From an uncultured Gammaproteobacteria bacterium (GTDB taxonomy: Bacteria; Patescibacteriota; Microgenomatia; Levybacterales; GWA1-39-11), in assembly GCA_964425075.1 (NCBI GenBank), contig CAYRKM010000001.1:601827-665826 (forward strand): a DNA stretch of 64,000 nucleotides, in the 5' to 3' direction. The notes under the pieces were generated by a model. It made no database searches and was not told the origin of the DNA. It saw only the letters and a program-made list of their open reading frames with translations. The position numbers and the translations under genes were made by a program. Positions 28,627 through 38,992 of this stretch are shown here, piece by piece (positions within the stretch are counted from its first letter, which is position 1; every line of letters begins with the position of its first letter).

Positions 28627-29372
28627 AAATAGGTGATGTTCTACAACTCGGTGATCATCGCTTGGCGTGTGGAGATGCAAAAGACTCAGCGTTGTTAAAG
28701 AGGCTTATTTTAGATGATCGAATCTCTCTCCTTCTGACGGATCCGCCCTACGGCGTGGCTTATGTTGAAGGAAAAGCTGAACTTACGGAAATTAAGAGTA
28801 ATAAAAAGATAGCCAACGATCACAACCAAACAGAAGGAACGTATCGCCATTTTACGAAGGAATGGCTAGAAGCAATAAAGCCATATCTTGCCAAGAAAAA
28901 TTCTTTTTACATTTTTAACTCAGACAAAATGGTGTTCTCCTTGCGAGATGGCATTGTTGATGCGGGTTTTCGACTCACACAACTACTTGTGTGGATCAAA
29001 AACAATGTTGTCGTCGGACGGCTTCACTATTTACCACAACATGAGCTGATCGCATACGGATGGTTTGGAAGTCATGAGTTCTATAAAGCAAAGGACAAAA
29101 GTATCCTCATCTATCCAAAACCTAATAAAAGCCCACTTCATCCAACCATGAAGCCAGTCGGACTTCTCAGAAACTTAATCCTTAATAGCTCGAAAATTGA
29201 TGACTATGTCTATGACCCATTCGGCGGATCGGGATCAACACTTATTGCTTGCGAACAAACGAAAAGGAAATGCCTCATGGTGGAGATAGATCCGGAGTAC
29301 TGCCAAGTGATTATTGATCGCTTTGAAAAAGTTACAGGTTACAAAGCAGAAAGGACAAAAGATGGAAAATAA
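28617..29372 (+). CDS. DNA methyltransferase (beta-class N4C/N6A)
   Basis: Motif IV LLLTDPPYGV followed by motif I VYDPFGGSGSTLIA. Confidence 0.8.
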   Translation: MQIKIGDVLQLGDHRLACGDAKDSALLKRLILDDRISLLLTDPPYGVAYVEGKAELTEIKSNKKIANDHNQTEGTYRHFTKEWLEAIKPYLAKKNSFYIFNSDKMVFSLRDGIVDAGFRLTQLLVWIKNNVVVGRLHYLPQHELIAYGWFGSHEFYKAKDKSILIYPKPNKSPLHPTMKPVGLLRNLILNSSKIDDYVYDPFGGSGSTLIACEQTKRKCLMVEIDPEYCQVIIDRFEKVTGYKAERTKDGK

Positions 29373-29790
29373 TCCGACGATTCAGAAGCGAATAGATAAA
29401 AATCAGGAACTACTTATTGAGCAGCTTAAGAAAACGCCAATTGTTCAAGTTGCGTGTGAGAAAGTCGGGGTAGGCCGAGCTACTTATTACCGATGGAGAA
29501 AAGAAAATGAAGTATTTGCCGAACAAGCAGATGAAGCAATAGCTGAAGGAGCGTTACTTGTGAATGACATGGCCGAGTCCCAACTCATGGCAGCGATTCG
29601 GGATAAAAATCTCACAGCCATCATTTTCTGGTTGAAGCACCATCACCCTCACTACGCAACGAAAGTTGAAGTGACGGCTAGACTAAAAGCTGATAACGAA
29701 GTTTTAACGCCTGAACAAGAAGCACTAGTAACGAAAGCATTAAAACTTGCCTCATTAATTCCTGAAACAAAGGAGGAAGTAAAACAATGA
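29362..29790 (+). CDS. Terminase small subunit-like HTH protein
   Basis: VACEKVGVGRATYYRWRKE helix-turn-helix; immediately upstream of and overlapping TerL. Confidence 0.5.
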   Translation: MENNPTIQKRIDKNQELLIEQLKKTPIVQVACEKVGVGRATYYRWRKENEVFAEQADEAIAEGALLVNDMAESQLMAAIRDKNLTAIIFWLKHHHPHYATKVEVTARLKADNEVLTPEQEALVTKALKLASLIPETKEEVKQ

Positions 29791-31313
29791 TTGTTGGAGC
29801 AATTACAGATAACGTGCTCGAAGGAATAAAAAGAGAAAGATCCGTGAGACGAGAAGTCGCAAGAAGTAGCCATCTTTGGTTTTTCTCAATATACCTTGGA
29901 CACTATATCAAGTATCCATTTGCGCCGTTTCATTCAGAAATGTTTGCGCTGACGGAAAATGCTGACATACGATTATCAGTTCTTGTAGCATTTCGTGGTT
30001 CTGGAAAATCAACGCTTATAACTCTGTCTTATCCAATCTGGGCAATTGTGGGAGCACAGCAAAAGAAGTTTGTGCTCATCCTCTCTCAAACCCAAACGCA
30101 AGCAAGACTTCATATGGCAAACATAAAACGAGAGCTTGAGAGTAATGACTTATTAAAAGCAGATATTGGACCATTTGAAGAAGTAAGTGACGAATGGGGA
30201 TCAAATTCAATTGTCATCTCAAAATATGGCGCACGTATTACTGTTGCCTCAACGGAGCAGAGTATTCGAGGATTAAGACATGGGGAGCATCGACCTGATC
30301 TGGTTATTTGTGATGATGTGGAGGATTTAAATAGTGTAAAAACCCGGGAAGGACGAGACAAAACATTCCAATGGCTGGTTGGTGAAGTGCTCCCAATCGG
30401 AGATCAAGAAACAAAGATTGTAATTGTTGGAAATCTTTTGCACGAAGACAGTCTCTTAATGCGACTGAAAAAAGGAATTGAAAATGAAAAACTTAATGGA
30501 AAATATTTTGCCTATCCACTCCTAGATATAAATAATACTATTGCATGGCAGGCTAAATTTAAAACTTTAGAGGACGTTGAGAGATTACGGGCAAGTATTG
30601 GAACAGACTCTGCGTGGTATCGAGAGTATTTATTACGAATAATTTCTGATGCGGACCGCTTAGTCCATCCTGAATGGATTCAGTATTATGACCGGATACC
30701 ATCTGAAGATAGTGGTGACTTCCATTACACTGCAACTGGTATTGATCTGGCGATATCTCAACGGGAGTCTGCAGACTATACTGCAATGGTTTCAGCTAAA
30801 GTATTTGGCTACTATGAGAAATTAAAAATATACATCCTGCCCCATCCCGTAAATGAACGTTTAAGTTTTCCTGAAACCTACGAGAAAGCAAAACAATTGT
30901 CCAAAGATTTAGGGGACGGTCACTATACTAAATTATTTATCGAAGATGTAGGATATCAAGCTGCTCTTATCCAAGACTTATCAAATCACAATGTTCCAGC
31001 AGAAGGGGTAAAGGTATCAGGACAAGATAAAAGATCAAGACTTGCTTTGATAACGCATCTTATTAAGCAAGGAAAAGTTCTCTTCCCTAAGGGAAACCAA
31101 GCTGAAGAACTTATTATGCAACTTACCGGGTTCGGTATTGAGAAACATGACGATTTAGCTGATGCGTTTTCGCTTCTACTTCTAAAGATCCTGGAAGAGG
31201 ATCAAGGAGAGCCAAGTGTCTATATCATCGATATGGGAAGCAGTCTTTATGATAGATATTCACCACTCGGGAATCTGAACGAAGACCGTTTTACACTTGA
31301 TACAAAATTTTAG
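29787..31313 (+). CDS. Phage terminase large subunit (ATPase + nuclease)
   Basis: Walker A AFRGSGKSTLI, Walker B LVICDDVED, C-terminal RNaseH-like nuclease with DDLADAF. Confidence 0.85.
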   Translation: MIVGAITDNVLEGIKRERSVRREVARSSHLWFFSIYLGHYIKYPFAPFHSEMFALTENADIRLSVLVAFRGSGKSTLITLSYPIWAIVGAQQKKFVLILSQTQTQARLHMANIKRELESNDLLKADIGPFEEVSDEWGSNSIVISKYGARITVASTEQSIRGLRHGEHRPDLVICDDVEDLNSVKTREGRDKTFQWLVGEVLPIGDQETKIVIVGNLLHEDSLLMRLKKGIENEKLNGKYFAYPLLDINNTIAWQAKFKTLEDVERLRASIGTDSAWYREYLLRIISDADRLVHPEWIQYYDRIPSEDSGDFHYTATGIDLAISQRESADYTAMVSAKVFGYYEKLKIYILPHPVNERLSFPETYEKAKQLSKDLGDGHYTKLFIEDVGYQAALIQDLSNHNVPAEGVKVSGQDKRSRLALITHLIKQGKVLFPKGNQAEELIMQLTGFGIEKHDDLADAFSLLLLKILEEDQGEPSVYIIDMGSSLYDRYSPLGNLNEDRFTLDTKF

Positions 31314-31580
31314 CTAAACAGTCGAAGGATACAAATCATCAACTTTTACCTTCAATGCTTTGGCAATACGATAGAGCGTGTAGGATGAAGGTGTTCTTTT
31401 CGCAGTCTCTACAAGATTAATATATGTCCGATAAAAACCACATTCAGCAGAAAGTTGATCTTGAGACCACCCCTTCTTCTTTCTCGCCTCCCTTATATTG
31501 TTACCGACAATTTCGGTAAACTTATACTTACTCAGCATATAGCATATTTTCCTAGGCTCTCCTACAACTGTGCAACGCAC
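31314..31580 (-). CDS. XRE-family HTH transcriptional regulator
   Basis: NNIREARKKKGWSQDQLSAECGFYRTYINLVETAKRTPS helix-turn-helix. Confidence 0.75.
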   Translation of the reverse strand: MRCTVVGEPRKICYMLSKYKFTEIVGNNIREARKKKGWSQDQLSAECGFYRTYINLVETAKRTPSSYTLYRIAKALKVKVDDLYPSTV

Positions 31581-31662
31581 TATTAGTAGAATTACTGCTT
31601 GATTTCCTCTATAATTAGCGATAATGTTGGGTTTAACCTATAAAGAAAGGAGGTGCTAAAAC

Positions 31663-32223
31663 ATGAAGAAATTACTTAAATGGGGAGGAATCGGACTCAT
31701 AATTATTATTGTGCTTGCAGTAATTGCAAGTAGCGGTGGAGATAAATCAGGTAACCAATCCACAACTGACTCAAACTCAGCGGGATCGCCTGATAGCAAG
31801 CAGGACAATACTGCTAAAACATACGGTCTTAATGAGACTGTCCAGGACGGAGATCTTGCTTTTACCGTTACCGGTGTTGAAACAGCCAAAACGCTTGGAA
31901 ATCAATTCACCGAGAAAGATTCTCAGGGCACGTTTTACGTTGTAACCCTGAAAATTGAAAATAAGGGAAACAAAACCGCAACCTTTGATAGCTCAATGGC
32001 GAAAGTAACAGACGACCAAGGCCGTGAATTTGAACGCTCTATCGAAGGCCAAACCGCCAAAGGTATGGCGCAGGGTAGTGTGGATTTATTTCTACAGCAA
32101 ATTCAACCATCATTATCTGTAACAGGAGACTTGGTGTTTGATCTGCCAGCGGATATGCAAAATCCAATGCTGGTTGTTAAAGGTTCACTCTTTGCAAAAG
32201 GAGCGAAAATTAAGCTTCAGTAA
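31663..32223 (+). CDS. DUF4352 domain membrane-anchored protein
   Basis: N-terminal TM, Ser/Thr-rich linker, FTVTGVE...YVVTLKIENKG...DDQGREF pattern of DUF4352; strong SD AAAGGAGGTG 8 nt upstream. Confidence 0.6.
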   Translation: MKKLLKWGGIGLIIIIVLAVIASSGGDKSGNQSTTDSNSAGSPDSKQDNTAKTYGLNETVQDGDLAFTVTGVETAKTLGNQFTEKDSQGTFYVVTLKIENKGNKTATFDSSMAKVTDDQGREFERSIEGQTAKGMAQGSVDLFLQQIQPSLSVTGDLVFDLPADMQNPMLVVKGSLFAKGAKIKLQ

Positions 32224-32224
32224 A

Positions 32225-32274
32225 AATAACGGATCCGTTATTTTCAAAAGCCCCTTCTTTAAGGAGGGGCTTTT
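32225..32274 (+). terminator. Two tandem intrinsic terminators after DUF4352 gene
   Basis: AATAACGGATCCGTTATTtt perfect palindrome then AAAAGCCCCTtctttaaggAGGGGCTTTT hairpin with T-tract. Confidence 0.6.
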
Positions 32275-32279
32275 AGTTC

Positions 32280-32306
32280 TTGACACACTACTACACAATG
32301 TAGTAG
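32280..32306 (+). promoter_or_regulatory. Promoter -35 TTGACA with overlapping cop-box-like palindromic operator CTACTACA-caa-TGTAGTAG upstream of csoR
   Basis: TTGACA at 32280-32285; perfect 8-bp inverted repeat at 32288-32306; same motif recurs 3 more times in island. Confidence 0.5.
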
Positions 32307-32326
32307 ATTATCTCTATGGGGGGTAT

Positions 32327-32599
32327 ATGTCATACAGGCCTAAAGATACACAAGAGCGAATAATCCACCGTCTCAAGATCGCAAAGGGGCAACTAGAGAA
32401 AGTAATCAAAATGGTTGAAGAAGATACATATTGTATTGATATCCTTCACCAATCGCACGCTATACAGAAAGCCCTAAAAGAGACAGATCATCTCATGCTT
32501 GAGAATCATCTACAAAAATGTGCCGCTGATGCTATTGGCAAAGGTCGCAAAGATGAAGCAATAAAAGAAGTAATGCAAGTTTTCAAAAAATCTCAATGA
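32327..32599 (+). CDS. csoR: CsoR/RcnR-family metal-sensing transcriptional repressor
   Basis: ~91 aa from Met64 of track ORF; conserved C-x24-H-x3-C style residues (YCIDILHQSHAIQKAL) of CsoR family. Confidence 0.75.
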   Translation: MSYRPKDTQERIIHRLKIAKGQLEKVIKMVEEDTYCIDILHQSHAIQKALKETDHLMLENHLQKCAADAIGKGRKDEAIKEVMQVFKKSQ

Positions 32600-33384
32600 A
32601 AGTGATTTTAATTATTGTTATTTTATTCTTTGCCATAGCCGCGTCAGGATTTCTATATTTTACGGTTAATAGAAATGGCACGAAAGCTCAAGAGAACTCA
32701 AGAACAAAAGTTCAGCAGAGTAATTCAAGCTTACAAGATCTCGTTGTTGCTCCACAAAAACCCACGGATAAAGTAATTGTAGAAAAAGTTACTCTCAAGA
32801 AAGCTGGATTTCTTGCTCTACGTGAGATGGAAGGAGACACACTGAGCCAAATTGTTGAGATAAGTACTTTCTTAAAGGTAGGAACACACACTGATGTGGA
32901 GATTCCTCTTAACAACGTGGATATTACGGATAAGGATCTTATTGTAATGGTTTATGAAGATCAAGAAAATGATCAGGTTTTTAATGATCTTGAGATTCCG
33001 GCAGTCAATGAGAAAGGTTCTTTGATTGCAAGATATGTAAAAACTGGTGAACCCCTTCCAGAAAATCTAGTTGAAGGAAATACATCTGACATGCCTGCAC
33101 ACAGCATGGAAGGAATGGTAACAGTAAAGTATACAGATAATGGATTTACACCAAATAAGATAGAAATTAACGAGGGAGATATGGTTGAATTTCGAAATGA
33201 GAGTAACAGGAATATGTGGGTTGCCTCAGCCAATCACCCGGCACATGAAGTTCTACCTACTTTTGACCAATTCAGAGCGTTTACGAAAGGTTCTGTATAT
33301 CGCTATGTATTCAAAAAGACAGGTTCATGGGAGTATCACGATCACTTAAGTCCAACTTTAGGAGGAGTAGTTGTCGTAAATTAA
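32596..33384 (+). CDS. Membrane-anchored protein with C-terminal cupredoxin-like domain (putative metal-binding)
   Basis: N-terminal TM; C-terminal beta-rich region with His cluster EYHDHL; context in copper island. Confidence 0.35.
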   Translation: MKVILIIVILFFAIAASGFLYFTVNRNGTKAQENSRTKVQQSNSSLQDLVVAPQKPTDKVIVEKVTLKKAGFLALREMEGDTLSQIVEISTFLKVGTHTDVEIPLNNVDITDKDLIVMVYEDQENDQVFNDLEIPAVNEKGSLIARYVKTGEPLPENLVEGNTSDMPAHSMEGMVTVKYTDNGFTPNKIEINEGDMVEFRNESNRNMWVASANHPAHEVLPTFDQFRAFTKGSVYRYVFKKTGSWEYHDHLSPTLGGVVVVN

Positions 33385-33422
33385 ATGTAAATATTGAAAT
33401 GTAGGACATAATAACTTTTACT

Positions 33423-34580
33423 ATGCAATTATCAAAACACATATATACAATTGCTTCATTTGTTTTTGTAATATTCGTATTGGGACTAGCCTTTTTCTCC
33501 GATAAAATAGCTGCTACTAATAACTCAACTGTTAAACAAAATCAAGCCGCAGAAAAATTATATGTAGCCTTAGAGGATGATGGTGCAATCGCTGTGATTG
33601 ATACAAAAGATAATTCACTTCTTGGCAAAATCGATCTTACAGAAAAGAATGGGGAGATGGAAGTCGGTTACTCAGCTCATAATGTGCAGGTAGCACCGGA
33701 TGGCAAAAGTGTTTGGGTAACTGCAAACTTTATGGGTCTTGGGGGACATGAAGGAGAAAATGATACCACTGAAAATGAAGAAACAAAAGAAGCATTTTCA
33801 GACCAAGTGATAATCATTGATCCCCAAAAGGATTCTATAGTAAAACGTATTGATATAGGAGCTGATCAGCATCTTGCCCACATAGTTGTAACCAGGGGCG
33901 GAAAAACTGCCTTTGCTACCGCGCAGGAACCAGGACTGGTATATAAAATAAACGGTGTAACATACGAAGTCGAGAAAACTATCCCTCTTACAAAAGATGC
34001 AGAGCCGCATGGTCTAAGACTTTCAGCAGATGACACAAAAGCTTTTGTTGCACTTATAGATGGAAAAGGCATTGGTGTAGTCGATACCAGAACAAATGAA
34101 GTAAAAACTGTCCCACTTTCAGGAAGCGCTGTACAAACAGCGGTTATTCCTAATACTAACTATATTGCAGCTTCGGTGTACGATACAAAGCAGATAGCAT
34201 TTTATGATACCGTTACAGGGGAAGTTTCCTATGTAGATTTACCTGCTGAATCTGAAGGCGCAATCCAATCATATGCTACACCAGATGGAAGGTATTTATA
34301 TATTGCAGATCAAGGATATTACTTCGGCAAACCAACAAGTGATTATGTGTATGTTATTGATGTTCAAGGGAAGCAGGTTGTTGGCAAAATTCAGGCAGGT
34401 GTTGCGCCTCACGGTGTTGTAGTGTCCCCTGATGGGAAAAGAGCGTATATTACAAATCTTTTAAGTGATGACATTTCAGTTATTGATACAGCCACTGATA
34501 AAGAACTTACCAAAATAAAAGTTGGAAAAATGCCAAATGGTATTAGCTTGTGGTCACACCAATCGGGAGGTACACCTTAA
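33423..34580 (+). CDS. Secreted YVTN-family beta-propeller repeat protein
   Basis: Signal/TM then repeated ~40-aa units (YVxxxxDxxIxVIDT) typical of YVTN beta-propeller. Confidence 0.55.
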   Translation: MQLSKHIYTIASFVFVIFVLGLAFFSDKIAATNNSTVKQNQAAEKLYVALEDDGAIAVIDTKDNSLLGKIDLTEKNGEMEVGYSAHNVQVAPDGKSVWVTANFMGLGGHEGENDTTENEETKEAFSDQVIIIDPQKDSIVKRIDIGADQHLAHIVVTRGGKTAFATAQEPGLVYKINGVTYEVEKTIPLTKDAEPHGLRLSADDTKAFVALIDGKGIGVVDTRTNEVKTVPLSGSAVQTAVIPNTNYIAASVYDTKQIAFYDTVTGEVSYVDLPAESEGAIQSYATPDGRYLYIADQGYYFGKPTSDYVYVIDVQGKQVVGKIQAGVAPHGVVVSPDGKRAYITNLLSDDISVIDTATDKELTKIKVGKMPNGISLWSHQSGGTP

Positions 34581-36859
34581 TGGAAACGAAAACATTTCAA
34601 GTTAAAGGGATGCACTGCGCATCCTGCGCAAATATCATAAAAAGAAAATTAGAAAAGCTCGAGGGAGTTACAACTTGCACTGTTAATTTCGGAACAGAAA
34701 AAGCAGAAGTAGCATTTGATGCTACGAAAGTTGGGTTGCTTCAGATGAATGAGCAAGTTAACAAGCTTGGGTATACTCTTAATACTACTGAAGCTCCTAA
34801 TGCTTCTGAACAATCACAAGTTTCGACAGAAAATGAGGCAAAAGAGCAAAAGCTTAAAGAACTTGAAGAAATGAGGCAGAAAACAGCCTTTGTCATGCCG
34901 ATTGCAGCAGTTGTTTTTGTCTTGATGCTCTGGGAAATTCTTGTCTCTAGGGTAGCGTTTCTTCCTACCTTTCCTCTTTCAATGGATGCATTTAACAGAG
35001 CATCATTTATATTGGCAACTCCTGTCATGTTCTGGATCGGGAAACCTTTTATTAACGGCGTGGTACGGTTTATTAAGTATAGAGCCGCAAATATGGATAC
35101 ACTGGTTGGAATTGGTACATTAGTTGCATACTTCTACAGCAGTATTATGCTTCTTTTTCCTGAAATAAAGACGCTTCTAAACGCTCCTGAAGGGTTATAT
35201 TATGATGTAACAATTGTCGTTATTGGATTTATTACGTTAGGTAAGTATCTTGAAGCAAAATCAAAACTTAAGACTGGTGAGGCAATTGAAAAACTTTTAG
35301 GGCTTGCGGCAAAATCTGCTATTGTGATTCGCGATGGAAAAGAATTAGAGATTCCCATTGGACAAGTAGTTGTCGACGATACGCTTATTGTGAAACCAGG
35401 TCAAAAAATCCCAGTAGATGGAGAGATTATTCAAGGAAAATCCTCAATAGATGAGTCCATGATTACAGGAGAATCAATACCAGTTGATAAAACTGTTGGG
35501 GATACCGTGATCGGTGCAACTATTAATAAACACGGCGCATTTCAAATGAAGGCAACACAGGTAGGAGGACAAACAGTTTTGTCTCAAATAATAAAAATGG
35601 TTGAGGCGGCTCAAGGATCAAAAGCGCCTATTGAAAGGATAGCCGATCAAGTATCAGGAGTTTTCGTTCCCATTGTTTTGGTATTTGCAGTTATTGTCCT
35701 TCTTTTATGGCTCACTGTTGGATCTCAATTTATGCCATTCTCTCAAGCTCTCTCGCTTGGTCTTATTAGCTTTGTAGGAATTTTGGTTATCGCCTGTCCA
35801 TGCGCAATGGGTCTTGCAACTCCCACCGCTGTCATAGTCGGCGTTGGTAAAGCAGCGCAAAATGGTATCTTAATTAAGAATGCAGAAAGTCTTGAGAAGT
35901 TTCAAGGTATTAACTTTGTTGTGATGGATAAAACAGGCACGATTACTAATGGAACACCCGCAGTAACGGATATAAAAGTGACTGCAAAAATAGCGCAAAA
36001 AAAGATATTACAGCTGCTTGCGTCTTTAGAAAAACAATCAGAACACCCATTAGCTCAGGCAGTAGTTGATGCGGCAAAAGATGAAAATATTAGCTTCTTA
36101 TCAGTTTCTCACTTCAAGGCATTGGAAGGAAAGGGGCTTGAAGGAAGTATTGCCGGAACGCATTACTTTGCCGGAAATCTTAAATTAGCAGATGATCTTG
36201 GGTTAAAAGTTGATACAAATTTGATTAAAAAATTAACTTCGCAAGGAAAAACACCAGTAGTCTTTGCAACTAAAAAAGCAATTATTGCCTATGTTGCTAT
36301 AGCCGATACCATCAAAGAAGACGCAAAAGAAGCAGTTGCAGCGCTTCATAAGCTTGGTATCAAAGTTGCAATGCTAACAGGAGATAACAGACGTACTGCA
36401 GAACACATTGCAAAGCAAGTTGGCATTGATCGGGTTATTGCAGAAGTGCTACCAAGCGATAAGGCGAAGGAAGTAAAAAAGCTACAGGATGAAGGGTATA
36501 AAGTCGCAATGGTAGGTGATGGTATTAATGATGCACCAGCGCTTGCTACGGCTGATGTGGGAGTGGCAATGGGCACAGGAACTGATGTGGCTATTGAGTC
36601 TGCAGGAATAACCCTTCTTGGCGGTCACATTTCTAAATTACCAAAAGCAATAAAGCTTTCCCGTAAAACTATGCGGGTTATCAAACAGAATCTGTTCTGG
36701 GCATTTTTCTATAATATTGTCGGGATCCCGGTAGCTGCGGGAGCGCTATATCCATTTATAGGTATTATGCTTTCTCCTGCGATTGCAGGGGCAGCGATGG
36801 CCTTTAGCAGTGTTTCAGTCGTGACCAATTCACTTCTTCTAAAACGTCATAGACTTTAA
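34580..36859 (+). CDS. copA: Copper-translocating P1B-type ATPase (CopA-like)
   Basis: N-terminal [13 protein letters not shown]6 CPC ([11 protein letters not shown]), [15 protein letters not shown]. Confidence 0.9.
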   Translation: METKTFQVKGMHCASCANIIKRKLEKLEGVTTCTVNFGTEKAEVAFDATKVGLLQMNEQVNKLGYTLNTTEAPNASEQSQVSTENEAKEQKLKELEEMRQKTAFVMPIAAVVFVLMLWEILVSRVAFLPTFPLSMDAFNRASFILATPVMFWIGKPFINGVVRFIKYRAANMDTLVGIGTLVAYFYSSIMLLFPEIKTLLNAPEGLYYDVTIVVIGFITLGKYLEAKSKLKTGEAIEKLLGLAAKSAIVIRDGKELEIPIGQVVVDDTLIVKPGQKIPVDGEIIQGKSSIDESMITGESIPVDKTVGDTVIGATINKHGAFQMKATQVGGQTVLSQIIKMVEAAQGSKAPIERIADQVSGVFVPIVLVFAVIVLLLWLTVGSQFMPFSQALSLGLISFVGILVIACPCAMGLATPTAVIVGVGKAAQNGILIKNAESLEKFQGINFVVMDKTGTITNGTPAVTDIKVTAKIAQKKILQLLASLEKQSEHPLAQAVVDAAKDENISFLSVSHFKALEGKGLEGSIAGTHYFAGNLKLADDLGLKVDTNLIKKLTSQGKTPVVFATKKAIIAYVAIADTIKEDAKEAVAALHKLGIKVAMLTGDNRRTAEHIAKQVGIDRVIAEVLPSDKAKEVKKLQDEGYKVAMVGDGINDAPALATADVGVAMGTGTDVAIESAGITLLGGHISKLPKAIKLSRKTMRVIKQNLFWAFFYNIVGIPVAAGALYPFIGIMLSPAIAGAAMAFSSVSVVTNSLLLKRHRL

Positions 36860-36863
36860 CTTT

Positions 36864-37589
36864 ATGAAAATTCTCAAGTTGGTAATAATTTGTATTTTTT
36901 TATTGGCCGTTATAGGAGGAGTTATTGTTTGGCAAAAAACAAACTTCTCTCCTTCAAGCCAACAAATAAATAATACTCAAAATCTTGATAAGGAGTATCA
37001 ACTAGCTGAAGGAAAAATAACTATTCTGGATAGACATAATAAGAAAGAAATAGCCACAATCGACTTAGCTGCAAAAGAAGGAGATTTCCTCATTAAATTT
37101 TATCCCCATGACATTACAACGGTAGATGATAAAAATCAGATTTGGATAACAGTAAGTGCATCACAAGAAGAAATACAGACAATAACCAAAGAACTTGTCG
37201 AAAAAACACAAAGAGATCAGCACGTTATGATGGCTACAGATCAGGTAATTGTCATAGATAAAACTTTAGACAAGATTGTAAAAAGAATCCCAATAGGAGT
37301 AAGTTTAGGATTAGCAGATATTATCATTGCGCCAGATAATAGAAACGCTTATGTTACAGTAGAGGCGAGTGCTGTTTACAAAGTTAACATAGATACCCAT
37401 AAAGTGGAATTAATACAACTGCCTCCTGAAAGTAAACCTCATCAGCTTGCTTTATCAGCTTCAGGAGCAGAACTTTACACAAAAAATCAGGTAAATGGTA
37501 GTGTTTATCTAATTTCGACAAAAACAAATGAAGTTAAGAACTTAAAAGATACTGAAGAGATAAAAAATCTTAGATGGTCGAGTCACTAA
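36864..37589 (+). CDS. Secreted beta-propeller-like protein
   Basis: N-terminal TM; partial YVTN-like repeats (VIVIDKTLDKIVKRIPIG). Confidence 0.4.
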   Translation: MKILKLVIICIFLLAVIGGVIVWQKTNFSPSSQQINNTQNLDKEYQLAEGKITILDRHNKKEIATIDLAAKEGDFLIKFYPHDITTVDDKNQIWITVSASQEEIQTITKELVEKTQRDQHVMMATDQVIVIDKTLDKIVKRIPIGVSLGLADIIIAPDNRNAYVTVEASAVYKVNIDTHKVELIQLPPESKPHQLALSASGAELYTKNQVNGSVYLISTKTNEVKNLKDTEEIKNLRWSSH

Positions 37590-38581
37590 ACGAAATAGTA
37601 ATTATGAATAGAAAGTTAATAATCTTATTTGTATTATTAGTTATTTTTGCAGGAGCATTTTTTCTCTGGCAAAGAAATAACTTCTCTGTCTCGAATCAAC
37701 AAATAGGCACTCCCCAAAATACAAATCCTGAGAGTGATCAGTTATCAGATACTAACAATAATCAGTCGTTTATTGAAGGCTTACAAAATAGGGAGTTTAA
37801 AGGCGGAGAAATAAAAATTGAAGAAACACTAGCACATAATAACTCCTATACAAGTTATATTTTTTCTTATCCCTCAGATAATTTAAAAATTTACGGCATG
37901 ATGAATATTCCCGAAGGAGATGGACCGTTTCCGGTTATTGTTCTTAATCATGGTTACTATAATCCTTCAAGTTTTAATAGCGGTGATGGTACACGAACAA
38001 TGGCAGATATTCTTGCGACAAATGGCTACATTACAGTTGCTTCAGATTATAGAGGACATGGACAATCAGAAGATGATGGACAAAGACGAGGAGGTCATCG
38101 ACCGGAGTTTGCAATTGATGTTTTAAATCTTATCGCTTCAATAAAGAGTATTGATAAAGCAGATCCAAATAGGATTGGTATGTGGGGACATAGTATGGGA
38201 GGAGAGGTGGCTTTGAGAGTTGCAGAAGCAACAGATAAAGTAAAAGCAATTGCATTGTGGGCACCAACGAGCGCAAATGCTTCAGATAATGCTAATTTTT
38301 ATGGAGGAAGGCATAATCCTAATACAAATAATCCTGAGAATGATGGTATATCACCTATTAACTATTTACAGTACATCTCAGCACCAATTAGCTTACATCA
38401 GGGATTAGTTGACGTAGAAGTAAAACCTGAGTGGTCAAAGCAATTGAATGATGCTTTGAAAAAAGAAGGAAAGCAGGTTGAATATTTTGAGTATGAAGGG
38501 CAAGATCATAACTTTAGAAATTTAGGTTGGGATTTGATTTCTCAAAGAACTTTAGAGTTCTATAACAAGTACCTAAAGTAG
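37574..38581 (+). CDS. Alpha/beta hydrolase (dienelactone hydrolase / S9 peptidase-like esterase)
   Basis: GHSMGG nucleophile elbow, downstream Asp and His (QDHNF). Confidence 0.65.
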   Translation: MVESLNEIVIMNRKLIILFVLLVIFAGAFFLWQRNNFSVSNQQIGTPQNTNPESDQLSDTNNNQSFIEGLQNREFKGGEIKIEETLAHNNSYTSYIFSYPSDNLKIYGMMNIPEGDGPFPVIVLNHGYYNPSSFNSGDGTRTMADILATNGYITVASDYRGHGQSEDDGQRRGGHRPEFAIDVLNLIASIKSIDKADPNRIGMWGHSMGGEVALRVAEATDKVKAIALWAPTSANASDNANFYGGRHNPNTNNPENDGISPINYLQYISAPISLHQGLVDVEVKPEWSKQLNDALKKEGKQVEYFEYEGQDHNFRNLGWDLISQRTLEFYNKYLK

Positions 38582-38598
38582 TGATTTGTTATCTAACC

Positions 38599-38615
38599 TG
38601 CTACAATATGTAGTA
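38599..38615 (+). promoter_or_regulatory. Cop-box-like operator tgCTACA-ATA-TGTAGta overlapping TACAAT -10 and start codon of blaI-like gene
   Basis: Inverted repeat CTACA/TGTAG with 3-nt spacer; TACAAT hexamer inside. Confidence 0.45.
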
Positions 38616-38992
38616 TGAAACCTAATCTTGGTGAGCTTGAGCAACAGATCATGGACATTGTTTGGGAGCACAAAAACTGCTCTGCTCGTGATGTTCTTAA
38701 TATGATTGAGAAAGATAAAAAACTTGCATACACCACCGTCGCAACAATCTTACAAAGACTCTTCGATAAAGGTCTTCTTACTCGAAATGAAAATACTGCT
38801 GGACATATTTACTCTCCTAAGGTTTCAAAGGAAAAATACACAAAAAATGTCGCTCAGTCGTTTTTAAAGAACTTCATAAATTCTTTTGGTGATACCGCAA
38901 TCGCCTCATTTGCGGACAGTATTGATAAGCTGCCGGAAAAAAAGAGAAAGTATTTTTTAAAAGTTCTCGACGAGTATGATAAAAATAAATAA
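38615..38992 (+). CDS. BlaI/MecI/CopY-family winged-helix transcriptional repressor
   Basis: LGELEQQIMDIVWEHKNCSARDVL...AYTTVATILQRLFDKGLL matches Penicillinase_R family; lacks CopY C-terminal Cys motif. Confidence 0.8.
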   Translation: MKPNLGELEQQIMDIVWEHKNCSARDVLNMIEKDKKLAYTTVATILQRLFDKGLLTRNENTAGHIYSPKVSKEKYTKNVAQSFLKNFINSFGDTAIASFADSIDKLPEKKRKYFLKVLDEYDKNK

